IMG/VR virus record: IMGVR_UViG_3300028859_000013
Coordinates: 1 to 64,000 of that record
Direction: 5' to 3' (one strand)
DNA length: 64,000 nucleotides
From: a virus
The notes below the pieces were generated by a model. The model was not told the origin of the DNA. It saw only the letters and a list, made by a program, of their open reading frames with translations, and ran no database searches. Shown in pieces: positions 48,068 through 58,395 of this stretch (positions are counted from its first letter, which is position 1; every line of letters starts with the position of its first letter). The translations under genes and the position numbers were made by a program.

Positions 48068-51000
48068 ATGCCAATAAAAGACGCAGATTTCGGAAAATAC
48101 AAAAGACCAGGTATTTTCTTTGAGGAAATTGACCAGAGTATTGTTCAACTTCCAGTACAAAATGTTTTAATAAATTTAGTTCCTGGTTTTTCAAAAAAAG
48201 GTCCTTTTAATACTCCACTTTATGTTACAAATCCTACAGATTTTAGTACAATATTTGGAGATGATGATACTAGATTAGAAAATAAGGGATCATTTTTTCA
48301 TAAAACAGTTAAACAAATGCTAAAAAGCGGTCCTGTTTGGGCGTTAAATCTTTTAGCAACAGATCCAAATAGAGATAAAGTGGACTGGCAATCAATAGGT
48401 GTGTCAGCAAGTGTAAAATCTCAAAATAGTAATGTTATAAGATCTGCTTATGAATCATTTTATAATAGACAAGCTTTCTGGGAAAGAGATACTGATTCAT
48501 TTTTAAATGTTGTACAAGCAAATAATTATGGTGTTCAAGATACTGATAGACTTTTTCATATAACAAACATGGGATATACAGATATTAGTATATTTATGTT
48601 TAAATCATCTATAACTGGTTTCGATGTTACAGCAGAATCATGGTACGGTGATAGAACAAAAGTACCATCATATCTTGATTATAGAGATTGGATTTCAGAT
48701 TATTTAGTAACTATCATTGTAGTAGCTGGTGATTGGTCAGATTATAAAACATTATCTAATGATACTACATATGGTAAGTATTTTGATAAAAATGGATTAA
48801 TTAAAAATAACGTATCTTCATTTCTTAATGAAAGTACTGTATCTGTTCTTGCAAATTATGATTGTTCTTTAATTCCATATTTTAAAGATTTGAATAATAG
48901 AGATATGTACATTAAAAATATTATAAATAATGATACAGATAAAACTGGTTTATTCTGTACATATAATGAAGATGTATTACTTGAAGCTGATTTTAGAGTA
49001 AGTAGTTTGGATATTATAGGTGGAACAATTGTTGGAGAAGATGTTAGTAGTATTAATTTTATGTCATATAATACAATTCTTAATGAACAAATATCATATT
49101 CTCAAACATATTTGGATTCAACTAATAATGTTATTACTAATAATTATGATAGTTATAATCAAGATTTTGTGTCAAATAATGTAGATGTTAGATCAGGTGC
49201 ATATGTGAATGGAAATATATTTGGTGTTAGTTGTAATACAACATCATTAACAGGAACAACAGGAACAACTTTATTAACAACGTTTACTATTGATCCTAAC
49301 GCATATTATGTATTAAATGGAGTACTTATTACTGGTAATACATTTGTTGTTAATGCATCAGATGGTGTTTCATATCCAAATGGATCAAGATATGATGTTC
49401 TTTATCTTACTAATGATAATACTATTAACGTGCTAAAAGGAACAGAATCTAATTCTAATACAGGAGCAATTTTACCAGATTATTTATATAGTTTAGATAG
49501 TACTATAATTTTAGGATATGTGTATATATTAAATTCTGGATTAACTGCAACATTAACATATAATTCTATATCTGTAGGAACTAATGGTTATATTGCTCTT
49601 GGAACTACAACAGGATATGAATCAGTAATTACTGATGGTTTTGATACACAAAATTATATGAATATTCAATTTAATGGCACATCTGGTCAAACAGGAATTT
49701 ATAATGATTATAATTATCTTAGATTAGCTCAATGTTTTTATGAAATATATGAAAATATTACTGCAAAGAGCGTTTTTATTCATCAAACAAGTGGTGATTT
49801 TATTGGTGGAGATAAAGATCCTGTTGTTTCAGTTTTAGCAACTGAGGCTACTTCATTACAAAATGCGAATATTAAAATTTATATTGATAGTGATTCTCCT
49901 GCTTTATGTCATTCAGGTAATACATTTTTATTATATTATGTGGACAATGAATTTTTGTTACATGAAAATTTTGTTGATACTAATACATTGGTAACTATAA
50001 ATTCTGTTTTATCATCAGGAACTAATGGTATTGTAGCAACATATTCTCAATTTTATTTAGATTATTATAATGGTAATATTAATAACGATGATTATTTTTA
50101 TGTTAATAATAATAGTGGATTGACAACTAAGATATATTTGGATATGTTTATTGATCAAAATAATATATTAACTGTCAATTTTTTATCTGCAATCAATCCT
50201 CCAATAACATATAGTGTTTCACATACAGATTGGGATAATTCTAACTATTATAATTATAGTTTAATAGTATATTCCGATAGATCTAATTGGAAACAATCAG
50301 TTCAAATCGATCAATGGTACGGTGATGATCTTACAGATTGTAGACAAATATCTATAGATAAAAATAGATATTCAGAAATAACAATAGGTAATTTTTTAAC
50401 CGCTTATTATGATGAATCATATTGGACTGCACCTAATGGAGAAGGATATTTAGAAGGATCTGTTCCAAGAAAAATAACTAGAATTATAAATATTAAAAAT
50501 GATCCAACAAATGTTAATAATAAATATATTTATACAGATTCTCCTATTAAAATTGATAATTATAATTCATTAAATCCAAGTGGTACTACATCATTACAAA
50601 CATTTACATATCCAGAAATTGATGAATATGTTGATGAATATAAAGCATTGGTATTATCGCCTTTTACAGTAAATGTAGCATCTATACCAGATGGTACTGA
50701 TATTAGACAAAATTCAATATTGGATATTATTGATATTGATACAAATCTTGGAAAGGCTCTGGCAGATAAAAATAAAATATCATGGAGATATCTTGTAGAT
50801 TCATTTGGATTAGGATTGACTCCAATGGACGGATATGGATCAAAACAACAACTTGCTAATGTTTGTGGATTGAAACTTAATTGCTTAGGATTTATAAGTA
50901 TGCCATCAGCTAAAATATTTAAAAATTCAACTAATCCATCATTTATAAATGACGATTATACTTTAAATATTCAATATGTTGCTGCTGGAGCAGATGATAG

Positions 51001-51733
51001 TAAAAATCCAGATTATTATTATCAATTTGCTCAACCTTATACAGACGCTGTAGATAATGTTTCTGTTGATGGTAGAAGTTGTGTTGGTTATTTCTTCCCA
51101 TATATAAGAATATATGATAATGGTGTACCAAAATGGGTTCCGCCTGCATCTTACGCAGCAACAACTTATATGCAAAAGTTTGTATCTAATACAGCAGGTA
51201 TGGTGCCTTGGACAATATGCGCTGGTATTACTAATGGTAGAGTTCAAACTATAACTAAAACTGAAATGGACTTTAATGATACTGATCTTGATTATTTACA
51301 TGGCATGAATGCAAATCCTATTGTATATAAATTAAATAATGGATATTGTATTAATGACGATGCATCAGCACAAGTATTTCCATACTCATCTCTTAGCTTC
51401 TTACATTCAAGAGAAGTTCTTATTGAACTTGAAAATAGAATGTACGATATGCTATTAAAATATCAATGGCAATTTAATACTGCAGAAATTCGTTCCGAAA
51501 TCAAATACAATGCTAATAAAATCTGTAAAGATATGTTGGATAACAACGCATTATATGACTTTTGGAATGTTTGTGATGAAAGTAATAATACTGATTATGT
51601 TATAGATTTACAGATGGGCGTAATTGACACGTATGTAGAGTTGATAAAAGGAATGGGTATTATTGTTAATAATATTACAATAATGAAGAAAGGTGATATA
51701 CAATCTATGGGATTTTCATCAGTTGGTAGCTAA
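48068..51733 (+). CDS. Contractile tail sheath protein (gp18-like) with large insertion
   Basis: N-terminal PGIFFEEID, GFSKKGPFN.P, F...FG. C-terminal FPY...VPPA, PW...AG..NG, NPI, S.L...REVLI.LE, FNT...R, VCDESNNT. TTTAATATATA upstream. Confidence 0.9.
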   Translation: MPIKDADFGKYKRPGIFFEEIDQSIVQLPVQNVLINLVPGFSKKGPFNTPLYVTNPTDFSTIFGDDDTRLENKGSFFHKTVKQMLKSGPVWALNLLATDPNRDKVDWQSIGVSASVKSQNSNVIRSAYESFYNRQAFWERDTDSFLNVVQANNYGVQDTDRLFHITNMGYTDISIFMFKSSITGFDVTAESWYGDRTKVPSYLDYRDWISDYLVTIIVVAGDWSDYKTLSNDTTYGKYFDKNGLIKNNVSSFLNESTVSVLANYDCSLIPYFKDLNNRDMYIKNIINNDTDKTGLFCTYNEDVLLEADFRVSSLDIIGGTIVGEDVSSINFMSYNTILNEQISYSQTYLDSTNNVITNNYDSYNQDFVSNNVDVRSGAYVNGNIFGVSCNTTSLTGTTGTTLLTTFTIDPNAYYVLNGVLITGNTFVVNASDGVSYPNGSRYDVLYLTNDNTINVLKGTESNSNTGAILPDYLYSLDSTIILGYVYILNSGLTATLTYNSISVGTNGYIALGTTTGYESVITDGFDTQNYMNIQFNGTSGQTGIYNDYNYLRLAQCFYEIYENITAKSVFIHQTSGDFIGGDKDPVVSVLATEATSLQNANIKIYIDSDSPALCHSGNTFLLYYVDNEFLLHENFVDTNTLVTINSVLSSGTNGIVATYSQFYLDYYNGNINNDDYFYVNNNSGLTTKIYLDMFIDQNNILTVNFLSAINPPITYSVSHTDWDNSNYYNYSLIVYSDRSNWKQSVQIDQWYGDDLTDCRQISIDKNRYSEITIGNFLTAYYDESYWTAPNGEGYLEGSVPRKITRIINIKNDPTNVNNKYIYTDSPIKIDNYNSLNPSGTTSLQTFTYPEIDEYVDEYKALVLSPFTVNVASIPDGTDIRQNSILDIIDIDTNLGKALADKNKISWRYLVDSFGLGLTPMDGYGSKQQLANVCGLKLNCLGFISMPSAKIFKNSTNPSFINDDYTLNIQYVAAGADDSKNPDYYYQFAQPYTDAVDNVSVDGRSCVGYFFPYIRIYDNGVPKWVPPASYAATTYMQKFVSNTAGMVPWTICAGITNGRVQTITKTEMDFNDTDLDYLHGMNANPIVYKLNNGYCINDDASAQVFPYSSLSFLHSREVLIELENRMYDMLLKYQWQFNTAEIRSEIKYNANKICKDMLDNNALYDFWNVCDESNNTDYVIDLQMGVIDTYVELIKGMGIIVNNITIMKKGDIQSMGFSSVGS

Positions 51734-51752
51734 TTAATTATAAATAATAATG

Positions 51753-51789
51753 AAAAAAAGAGAAATAATTTAATTATTTCTCTTTTTTT
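51753..51789 (+). terminator. Terminator after the sheath gene (paralog of 53817-53851)
   Basis: AAAAAAAGAGAAATAATT-T-AATTATTTCTCTTTTTTT. Confidence 0.8.
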
Positions 51790-51846
51790 ATAAACTTTAT
51801 ATTAAAATATTTATATATAGGAGAAATAGAAACATATATAAAGTTT

Positions 51847-53601
51847 ATGAATAAAGAAGAAAATATAGAAAAAATAAAAAAAGAAAATGGTACATCAGGA
51901 AAAATGTATAATGAGAAATACATTAAAAATAATTATCCTGAAATTTTTAAAGATGTTATAGAATTTTGTAGTAGTGATAAATTGATAGATTTACCTTTTA
52001 AAGAAAAAATTTATCATTATGTTAATGATTTAAAAGAAATTTTATATTGTTCAAATCCAAATTGTAATAATATAGTTAAGTTTAAGAATTCAACGATAGG
52101 ATATCATAAACATTGCTCTAAAGGTTGTACGAGTAAAGATCCGAATATTAAACAACAAAAAGAAGATAATTCATATATAAAATATGGAACTAAAGCACCA
52201 GGAATGAATAATGATATTAAAGAAAAAATGATAAAAACCAATCAGGAAAGATATGGCGGTAATAGTCCTATGCAAAATATTGAAATACAAGAAAAATCTA
52301 AAAAAACATTATTTAAAAATTATGGTGTATATAATTTAAACGATTCAGAAGAAATTGTAAAAAGAAGAATCGAATCATTTAAAAAAAGTAATTATAAAGA
52401 AAATTATACTAATACTATGATGTCCCGTTATGGAGTAAAATATACATTTCAAAATGAAGATTTTTATAAAAAATCTAAAGAAACATTATTTAAAAATTAT
52501 GGAGTATTTAATCCTTATGAAAATAAAGAGATATTAGACAGAGCACAAAAGAAAAGAAAAAATACTATTAAAAATAATAAAATATTGAATCAAGATAATA
52601 ATATAATTGATGTTGATTATGATACAAGAGAATATTTGATGAATTGTGATGTTGGAAAAAATCATACATTTAAAATTAGTTTTGAATTATATAAATCTAG
52701 AAAGCAATTTGCTAATTATAAATGTACTGAATGCTTTCCAGAACATTTCAATCAAACTTCAATGAGTGAATTCGAATTATTAAATTTTATACAAAAACAT
52801 TATAAAGACGAAATAGTAGTTAATAGCAAAAAAATTATTTATCCTTTTGAATTAGATATTTATTTACCAGAAATAAATATTGCATTTGAATTTAATGGTA
52901 TTTATTGGCATGATGAACAGCACAAATCAAGTGATTATCATTTAAAAAAGACTGAATTATGTGACGAAAATGGTATTAAATTAATTCATATATGGGAAGA
53001 TGATTGGATGTATAAAAATGATATAGTAAAATCAAATATTTTAAATATTTTAAGTATAAAAACAAATATTATAGATGTAAATGATTGTGATATAAAAGAA
53101 ATAACTAATAGTGAAGTTATTAAAGATTTTTTAGAAAAAAATCATATTCAAGGATTTATAGATTCACAAATTAAAATAGGATTATATCATAATAATGAAT
53201 TAATTAGTTTAATGAATTTTGAAAATAATATTGAATCATATGAATTATTAAGATTTTGTAATAAGTTAAATACTAATATTATTGGCGGATATGATAAATT
53301 ATTCAAATATTTTGTTATAAATTATGAACCAACGGAAATTATAGCATATTTTGATAGAAGTTGGAGTTATGATAAAATATATGAAAATTTAGGATTTGAA
53401 TTAGTACATAAATCTCAATCTAATTATTCTTATGTTATTGATGGTATTCGTAAAAATAGATTTAATTTTGGCAAATCTATTTTAATAAAAGAAGGATATT
53501 CAAGTGAAAAAACTGAAAGTGAGATTATGTTAGAAAGAAAAATTTATAGAATTTATGATTCTGGACAATTAAAATTTATATGGAAAGATAAACAAATTTG
53601 A
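51847..53601 (+). CDS. Putative homing endonuclease (Hef/DUF559-like with C-terminal GNAT-like domain)
   Basis: KNYGV repeats. ELDIYLP, FEFNGIYWH, IHIWEDDW. NHIQG, ELLRFC, IYDSG. AAAC-N16-TATATA at 51792-51817. Confidence 0.8.
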   Translation: MNKEENIEKIKKENGTSGKMYNEKYIKNNYPEIFKDVIEFCSSDKLIDLPFKEKIYHYVNDLKEILYCSNPNCNNIVKFKNSTIGYHKHCSKGCTSKDPNIKQQKEDNSYIKYGTKAPGMNNDIKEKMIKTNQERYGGNSPMQNIEIQEKSKKTLFKNYGVYNLNDSEEIVKRRIESFKKSNYKENYTNTMMSRYGVKYTFQNEDFYKKSKETLFKNYGVFNPYENKEILDRAQKKRKNTIKNNKILNQDNNIIDVDYDTREYLMNCDVGKNHTFKISFELYKSRKQFANYKCTECFPEHFNQTSMSEFELLNFIQKHYKDEIVVNSKKIIYPFELDIYLPEINIAFEFNGIYWHDEQHKSSDYHLKKTELCDENGIKLIHIWEDDWMYKNDIVKSNILNILSIKTNIIDVNDCDIKEITNSEVIKDFLEKNHIQGFIDSQIKIGLYHNNELISLMNFENNIESYELLRFCNKLNTNIIGGYDKLFKYFVINYEPTEIIAYFDRSWSYDKIYENLGFELVHKSQSNYSYVIDGIRKNRFNFGKSILIKEGYSSEKTESEIMLERKIYRIYDSGQLKFIWKDKQI

Positions 53602-53628
53602 AAATATATAATATATAAATAAAAAATT

Positions 53629-53814
53629 ATGATAGAACAAAAACAGAAGGATGATTTAAAAAACCAACTTTTAGATATGACTGAATTGAGTAAGAATTTA
53701 CAAGAACCAGTATCTGAAGAAGAACAAAAGTCTTTAGATGATATTATGAATCAAATTCAAGAAGCTAGAGATTTTTTAGATGAATGTATTAAAAATAATA
53801 AAAAGGAGAAATGA
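53629..53814 (+). CDS. Small coiled-coil protein
   Basis: 61-aa ORF. Confidence 0.6.
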   Translation: MIEQKQKDDLKNQLLDMTELSKNLQEPVSEEEQKSLDDIMNQIQEARDFLDECIKNNKKEK

Positions 53815-53816
53815 AT

Positions 53817-53851
53817 AAAAAAGAGAAATGATTAAATCATTTCTCTTTTTT
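53817..53851. terminator. Bidirectional terminator
   Basis: AAAAAAGAGAAATGATT-A-AATCATTTCTCTTTTTT. Confidence 0.8.
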
Positions 53852-54251
53852 ATATGTTAAATTTTTTAGTGCTTTTTGCTAATTCTAATTCAGTTTCTAA
53901 CTTGCCTTTTTTATGATTATATAAAGTGAATGATTGAGTTTTATTTATTTTCCGATCTGTCAACTCATACCATTTATTATTCATTTTTACTAATATATCA
54001 GATTCATAAGTACTTGATAGTTCATCTACTAATTTAATATCTTCACACCTCCCAGTTATACTTTTATTTATAGTTAAATAATTAAAATCATACTTATAAA
54101 TTTTAAAGCATTGAAATGTTATCATATGATTTAATATCATTTCAGAAATTAAATCAAAAAAATCAATATTATATGTTATGCAGTCATTCATTAAATTCAT
54201 GATTGATATTTCTGTGTTGCGTAAATCTTCAAAGGTTTTTATATATTTCAT
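53850..54251 (-). CDS. MKYIKTFE...KKFNI family protein
   Basis: Both terminal motifs. TTTAATATATA lies 5 nt upstream. Confidence 0.8.
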   Translation of the reverse strand: MKYIKTFEDLRNTEISIMNLMNDCITYNIDFFDLISEMILNHMITFQCFKIYKYDFNYLTINKSITGRCEDIKLVDELSSTYESDILVKMNNKWYELTDRKINKTQSFTLYNHKKGKLETELELAKSTKKFNI

Positions 54252-54296
54252 GATATTATATATTAAATTAAATATTTATTTTTTATATATAATGCT

Positions 54297-54656
54297 ATGA
54301 AGCATTTAAAAATATATGAAGCATTTAAAGAATCTGATGTCAAAATAGGAAATTATGTAATATTAAACGTTAAATTTAAAGATTTTGGATATTCTTTATC
54401 TGATAATCAAAAAAATACTCTTGTCGAATATTTAAATAATACAATATGTGAAATTGTTAATATAACTACTAGTTATTCTGGTATCCAAGAGATAGATGTT
54501 AAATATAATAATATACCGTTTACTCTTAATGATTGGTTCGGTGTAGGAAGAACTATTACATTAGATATTACAGATATTTTTGATATGTCAGATTCAAAAA
54601 AAGAACTAATTGATAGACATAATTTAAGGCAAGTAGTAAATAAATTTAATATATGA
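54297..54656 (+). CDS. MKHLKIYE...NKFNI family protein
   Basis: Both motifs. KIGNYVIL core. Confidence 0.8.
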   Translation: MKHLKIYEAFKESDVKIGNYVILNVKFKDFGYSLSDNQKNTLVEYLNNTICEIVNITTSYSGIQEIDVKYNNIPFTLNDWFGVGRTITLDITDIFDMSDSKKELIDRHNLRQVVNKFNI

Positions 54657-54958
54657 AGTATTTAAAAATATATGAAAAATATAATAATTTGCCTATTCTT
54701 GGTGATTATGTCGTAGTTTATTGTGAATCAATGAATGAAAAATTTAACGATTTTATAAATAATAATATTGGTAAGTTAAATAATTACGGTAGAATAACAG
54801 ATCTTGCTTGGGTTGAGTATTTTAATATTCCAGAAGAATTAAAAAAACATTTTGATGATGATAAATATGCTATACTTAATACAAATACTATTAAATATTT
54901 TTCTAGTGACAAAAAAAATGTAGAAGCGTATTTGAAAGCTCAAAAATTTAATATATAA
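54653..54958 (+). CDS. MKYLKIYE...QKFNI family protein
   Basis: Both motifs. LGDYVVV and NNNIGKL. Confidence 0.8.
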   Translation: MKYLKIYEKYNNLPILGDYVVVYCESMNEKFNDFINNNIGKLNNYGRITDLAWVEYFNIPEELKKHFDDDKYAILNTNTIKYFSSDKKNVEAYLKAQKFNI

Positions 54959-54961
54959 AAT

Positions 54962-55477
54962 ATGAAATTGAAAAGATTTAATGAAAGTGTTCATGAAGAT
55001 TATGTCGAAATACTTCAAGATAAAATTAAAAATGATAAAAAAATTATTAATAGATTTGAATTTTATTTTGATAACATGAGTAATACATTTGAATGGGATT
55101 CTGATAATATTACAATATTTGCAACTCCTTATTGGGAAGAAAATTTAAATTTACCTATTGATATTCTTATTGATGATACCGATCGTAATATTGTTTTTGA
55201 ATTAAAAGAATTAACTTCACAAAAAGACGTTGATAATACTATAAATTATTATTATGAAATAATAGATTCATTAACATTAAAATTAAATAAAATATCAGAA
55301 TTGAATAGTGTTATTCCTATTATATTAAATAAATTGAGTATTATAAAATTTGATAATATTATTATAAAATCTATTGACGATATAAAAAAATATGATATTG
55401 ATGAATTAGTAAAATTATATAATTACTTATATAAACAATATCCTGAAATATTTTTAGCTAAAAATTTTAATATATAA
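54962..55477 (+). CDS. MKLKRFNE...KNFNI family protein
   Basis: Variant terminal motifs around an unrelated core. Confidence 0.8.
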   Translation: MKLKRFNESVHEDYVEILQDKIKNDKKIINRFEFYFDNMSNTFEWDSDNITIFATPYWEENLNLPIDILIDDTDRNIVFELKELTSQKDVDNTINYYYEIIDSLTLKLNKISELNSVIPIILNKLSIIKFDNIIIKSIDDIKKYDIDELVKLYNYLYKQYPEIFLAKNFNI

Positions 55478-55480
55478 AAA

Positions 55481-55822
55481 ATGAAATATTTAAAAAAATT
55501 TGAAAGTTTCAATTGGAATTCTTTAATAGATATTAAAATAGGAGATTATGTGATAATTGATTCTAGTAAATTGTCAAATTTTATGATTAAAAATAATGTT
55601 GATATATATAGAAATTTTTTGAATAGTAATATAGGTAAAATTATTAATATTAGTCGTGTGCTTGATAATATTAGAGTTAAATATGAAAATATACCTGATA
55701 TTATTAAAGATTATTTTGAAGAAGATAATTCTATATTTTTACATCCGTCAAAAATAAAATATTTTTCTAAAACAATAGATGACTTAAAATTGAAATTAGA
55801 TACTGATAAATTTAATTTATAA
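55481..55822 (+). CDS. MKYLKKFE...DKFNL family protein
   Basis: Both motifs. KIGDYVII and NSNIGKI. Confidence 0.8.
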   Translation: MKYLKKFESFNWNSLIDIKIGDYVIIDSSKLSNFMIKNNVDIYRNFLNSNIGKIINISRVLDNIRVKYENIPDIIKDYFEEDNSIFLHPSKIKYFSKTIDDLKLKLDTDKFNL

Positions 55823-55825
55823 AAA

Positions 55826-56521
55826 ATGAAATATTTAAAAAAATTTGAAGGATTGATAAAAACTTATGATTATAATATAATCATAAAATTATTAAATAAT
55901 TTACTTGTTAAATATAATGAAAATGATAGTAATATAAGGCAATCCGCACAAGGTATTTATGCTAGATTTTCAAAAAAATTCATTAAAAAATCATATCTTG
56001 ATATTTTAAATATATTGAAAGTTTGTGGTTATGTAATATCTTCATATAGTTATGATGAGAAAAAAAGAATTAATAAACAACCAGAAAATAATAATATTTT
56101 ATCTGATATTTATACATATATTAATTTTACACTTATAAAAAAGTTTGATATCGAAAATATAGATAATATAGATAATTTATATCACGTTACTGATAAAAAA
56201 AATATTAAAAATATATTAAAAAACGGATTAATTCCAAAATCAAATAATAAAATAGAATCACATCCAGATAGAATTTATTTAATGAGTAATTTAACTGGAG
56301 CTAATCATTATTTGCGATTACTAGAAGATAAATATGGAGATTATTCTGGCGATAGGTTTATAATATTAAAAATTAATAAAAAATTAATAAATATAAAATT
56401 ATATTATGACCCAATGTATCTTAGGTCAGAAAAAAACGTTGAAGTATCTGGATTTGACGCATTTTATACATATGATAATATTTCACCTGATTCTATAGAA
56501 TTACTTACTATTGATTATTAA
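55826..56521 (+). CDS. MKYLKKFE-tagged protein with ADP-ribosyltransferase-fold (Tpt1/DarT-like) C-terminal domain
   Basis: LYHVT...NI..IL.NGL.P, RIYL, ILKI, and Y....I.P..I motifs. Confidence 0.65.
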   Translation: MKYLKKFEGLIKTYDYNIIIKLLNNLLVKYNENDSNIRQSAQGIYARFSKKFIKKSYLDILNILKVCGYVISSYSYDEKKRINKQPENNNILSDIYTYINFTLIKKFDIENIDNIDNLYHVTDKKNIKNILKNGLIPKSNNKIESHPDRIYLMSNLTGANHYLRLLEDKYGDYSGDRFIILKINKKLINIKLYYDPMYLRSEKNVEVSGFDAFYTYDNISPDSIELLTIDY

Positions 56522-56691
56522 AAATATGTCATAGTTAATAGGTGTAATCTTTTTTTAAATTTACATTATAAATATCTTTAATTTTTGTATATGTTTCCTT
56601 CTATGAATTCTAATATAGAATCATAAAAAAGTTTCATATTTATTTTTTAATGTAAACAACATTATCACCAATTTTAATATTTTATGATATT

Positions 56692-57009
56692 TTATATTAA
56701 CCAATTATTTTCATCAATAATCTCAATTTCTAATATTATTTCATTATCTTTTTTTAAATATATTTTATTATCGTCCCATTTCTGATAAGTATTAACATTT
56801 AGTGTAATATTATTAAATAAACCAACAGTATATATTTTTTGATCTTTATTTAAACTTGGTAATTTATATAAACTACTATCACACAAAATAGTAGCAATAT
56901 TTCCATTTGTTTCTATATTATCAACATTTTCATCAATGTGTGATATGATATCATCTTCTAATTGTTTTTGTGATAAAATACCGGTTTTTTCTGTTATTTT
57001 AATTTTCAT
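56692..57009 (-). CDS. Hypothetical protein, possible truncated gp23 capsid-like fragment
   Basis: ETNGNIATIL...YTVGLFNNITLNVNTYQKWDD. Confidence 0.55.
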   Translation of the reverse strand: MKIKITEKTGILSQKQLEDDIISHIDENVDNIETNGNIATILCDSSLYKLPSLNKDQKIYTVGLFNNITLNVNTYQKWDDNKIYLKKDNEIILEIEIIDENNWLI

Positions 57010-57592
57010 GTTTTTTAATTATTTTTATTATATAATATGCTTTTTCAGGAAACATTCCTATATCAATTAATGCTATTTTAATATTATTTTTATCATTTAA
57101 AGCATTTTCGTTAGTAGCTACAATGATACCTGGCTGATCAATATTAGTTTTATACCCAAATATGATTTCGTCATTTAAATATTCAGAAATAATGATAGGT
57201 ATATTAATATTTTTTTCATTTATAATATCTATTAAATCATTATTGTTTTTTGTGATATGTATTTTTTTAGGTATTATAATAAATTTATCATCATATCCAA
57301 TTTTGATAGTTGATTCTTTTAATATTTTAAAATTATCATTAATATAATTCGCTATTTCATCAATATTAATATTAATATTTGTTGAATTTCTTTTAATATC
57401 TTTAATTTTATTTATAAAAATTTTTTCAATAAGTTCAGGAATATTTTCTAAATCATCAATTTTAAACGTGCCTGCAGATACTGTCTTAGTATATACATTA
57501 TTATCTTCATTAACATATAGTAAAGATATTTTTTCTAAATTGTCAGTTTCTTTTACTGATATATAATCTAATGTTTTTATTTTTTCTAACAT
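56999..57592 (-). CDS. Hypothetical protein resembling the C-terminal part of gp23-type major capsid proteins
   Basis: IIISEYLNDEIIFGYKTNIDQPGIIVA. AAAC-N16-TATATA at 57609-57634 (minus). Confidence 0.55.
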   Translation of the reverse strand: MLEKIKTLDYISVKETDNLEKISLLYVNEDNNVYTKTVSAGTFKIDDLENIPELIEKIFINKIKDIKRNSTNININIDEIANYINDNFKILKESTIKIGYDDKFIIIPKKIHITKNNNDLIDIINEKNINIPIIISEYLNDEIIFGYKTNIDQPGIIVATNENALNDKNNIKIALIDIGMFPEKAYYIIKIIKKHEN

Positions 57593-57640
57593 ATCATTTT
57601 TATTTTAATATATATACTAATAAAAAATAAGTTTAAAAAT

Positions 57641-58384
57641 ATGAAGACATATATTCAATTTATAAATGAAGCAAGTATTGGAGATCTTTTTAAAAATCAA
57701 GTAGAACTATTTCTATCTAATGATAGAGAAGATAAACAATTGTTTGCTGAAAGTAAAACATTAGGTAAAAAAATTTTAGAAGATTCTACCATTGTACTTA
57801 AATGTAAAAATTATATAATTAATTCATTTTCTCAAATGGGATATGATAAATTAAGCATAGAAAATATAGAATTAACTTTTTATGAACCTGAAAATATAAT
57901 AGTCGGTATTATTCCAGATGGAGTTCTAAAAAATTTTGGTAAAACTGGTCATAGTGTATCTTTAAGAAAACTTAATATAATAGTTTTTGAAAAATCTCAA
58001 TGGAAAAATGATGTTGAAGGTTGGATAATACATGAAGTTGGTCATGTTATATCTTGGAGAGATTATAAAGATTCACCGAAAATAAAAAATGAATTTATTA
58101 CTGGAACTAAAGTCGATGCTAATTCTAATGTATTTGACTCAAAAGATTGCTTCGGTTATAATGGATATCCAAATGTTTGGTTCGAATATATACCATTTAT
58201 AAATCAAATTAAATTTTTATTGAAATCAAATTCTCCAGAAAATACAATTAGATTAATGATGAAAGATTATGAAGTAGAACATAATCCTGACGAATTGATG
58301 AAATATGAACAAATTTTTATAAATTATTTGAATTGCGTATTAGGTGAAAAAAGTGAAATAAAAAATAAATATATAACATTATAA
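57641..58384 (+). CDS. Protein with T4-CTS-like start (MKTYIQFINE) and HExxH zinc-metalloprotease motif
   Basis: WIIHEVGHV with a downstream E in WFEY. Confidence 0.7.
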   Translation: MKTYIQFINEASIGDLFKNQVELFLSNDREDKQLFAESKTLGKKILEDSTIVLKCKNYIINSFSQMGYDKLSIENIELTFYEPENIIVGIIPDGVLKNFGKTGHSVSLRKLNIIVFEKSQWKNDVEGWIIHEVGHVISWRDYKDSPKIKNEFITGTKVDANSNVFDSKDCFGYNGYPNVWFEYIPFINQIKFLLKSNSPENTIRLMMKDYEVEHNPDELMKYEQIFINYLNCVLGEKSEIKNKYITL

Positions 58385-58395
58385 AAATAATAAAG

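Noticed and set aside
1037-57347. Numerous short antisense or nested ORFs in the track (1037, 4841, 17647, 20656, 24767-25639, 27464, 29734, 31258, 32057, 32911, 38880, 44728, 45139, 46507, 47754, 47975, 50943, 50963, 57162)
   Set aside because: They overlap well-supported genes and have the F/S/L/I-rich composition typical of shadow frames.
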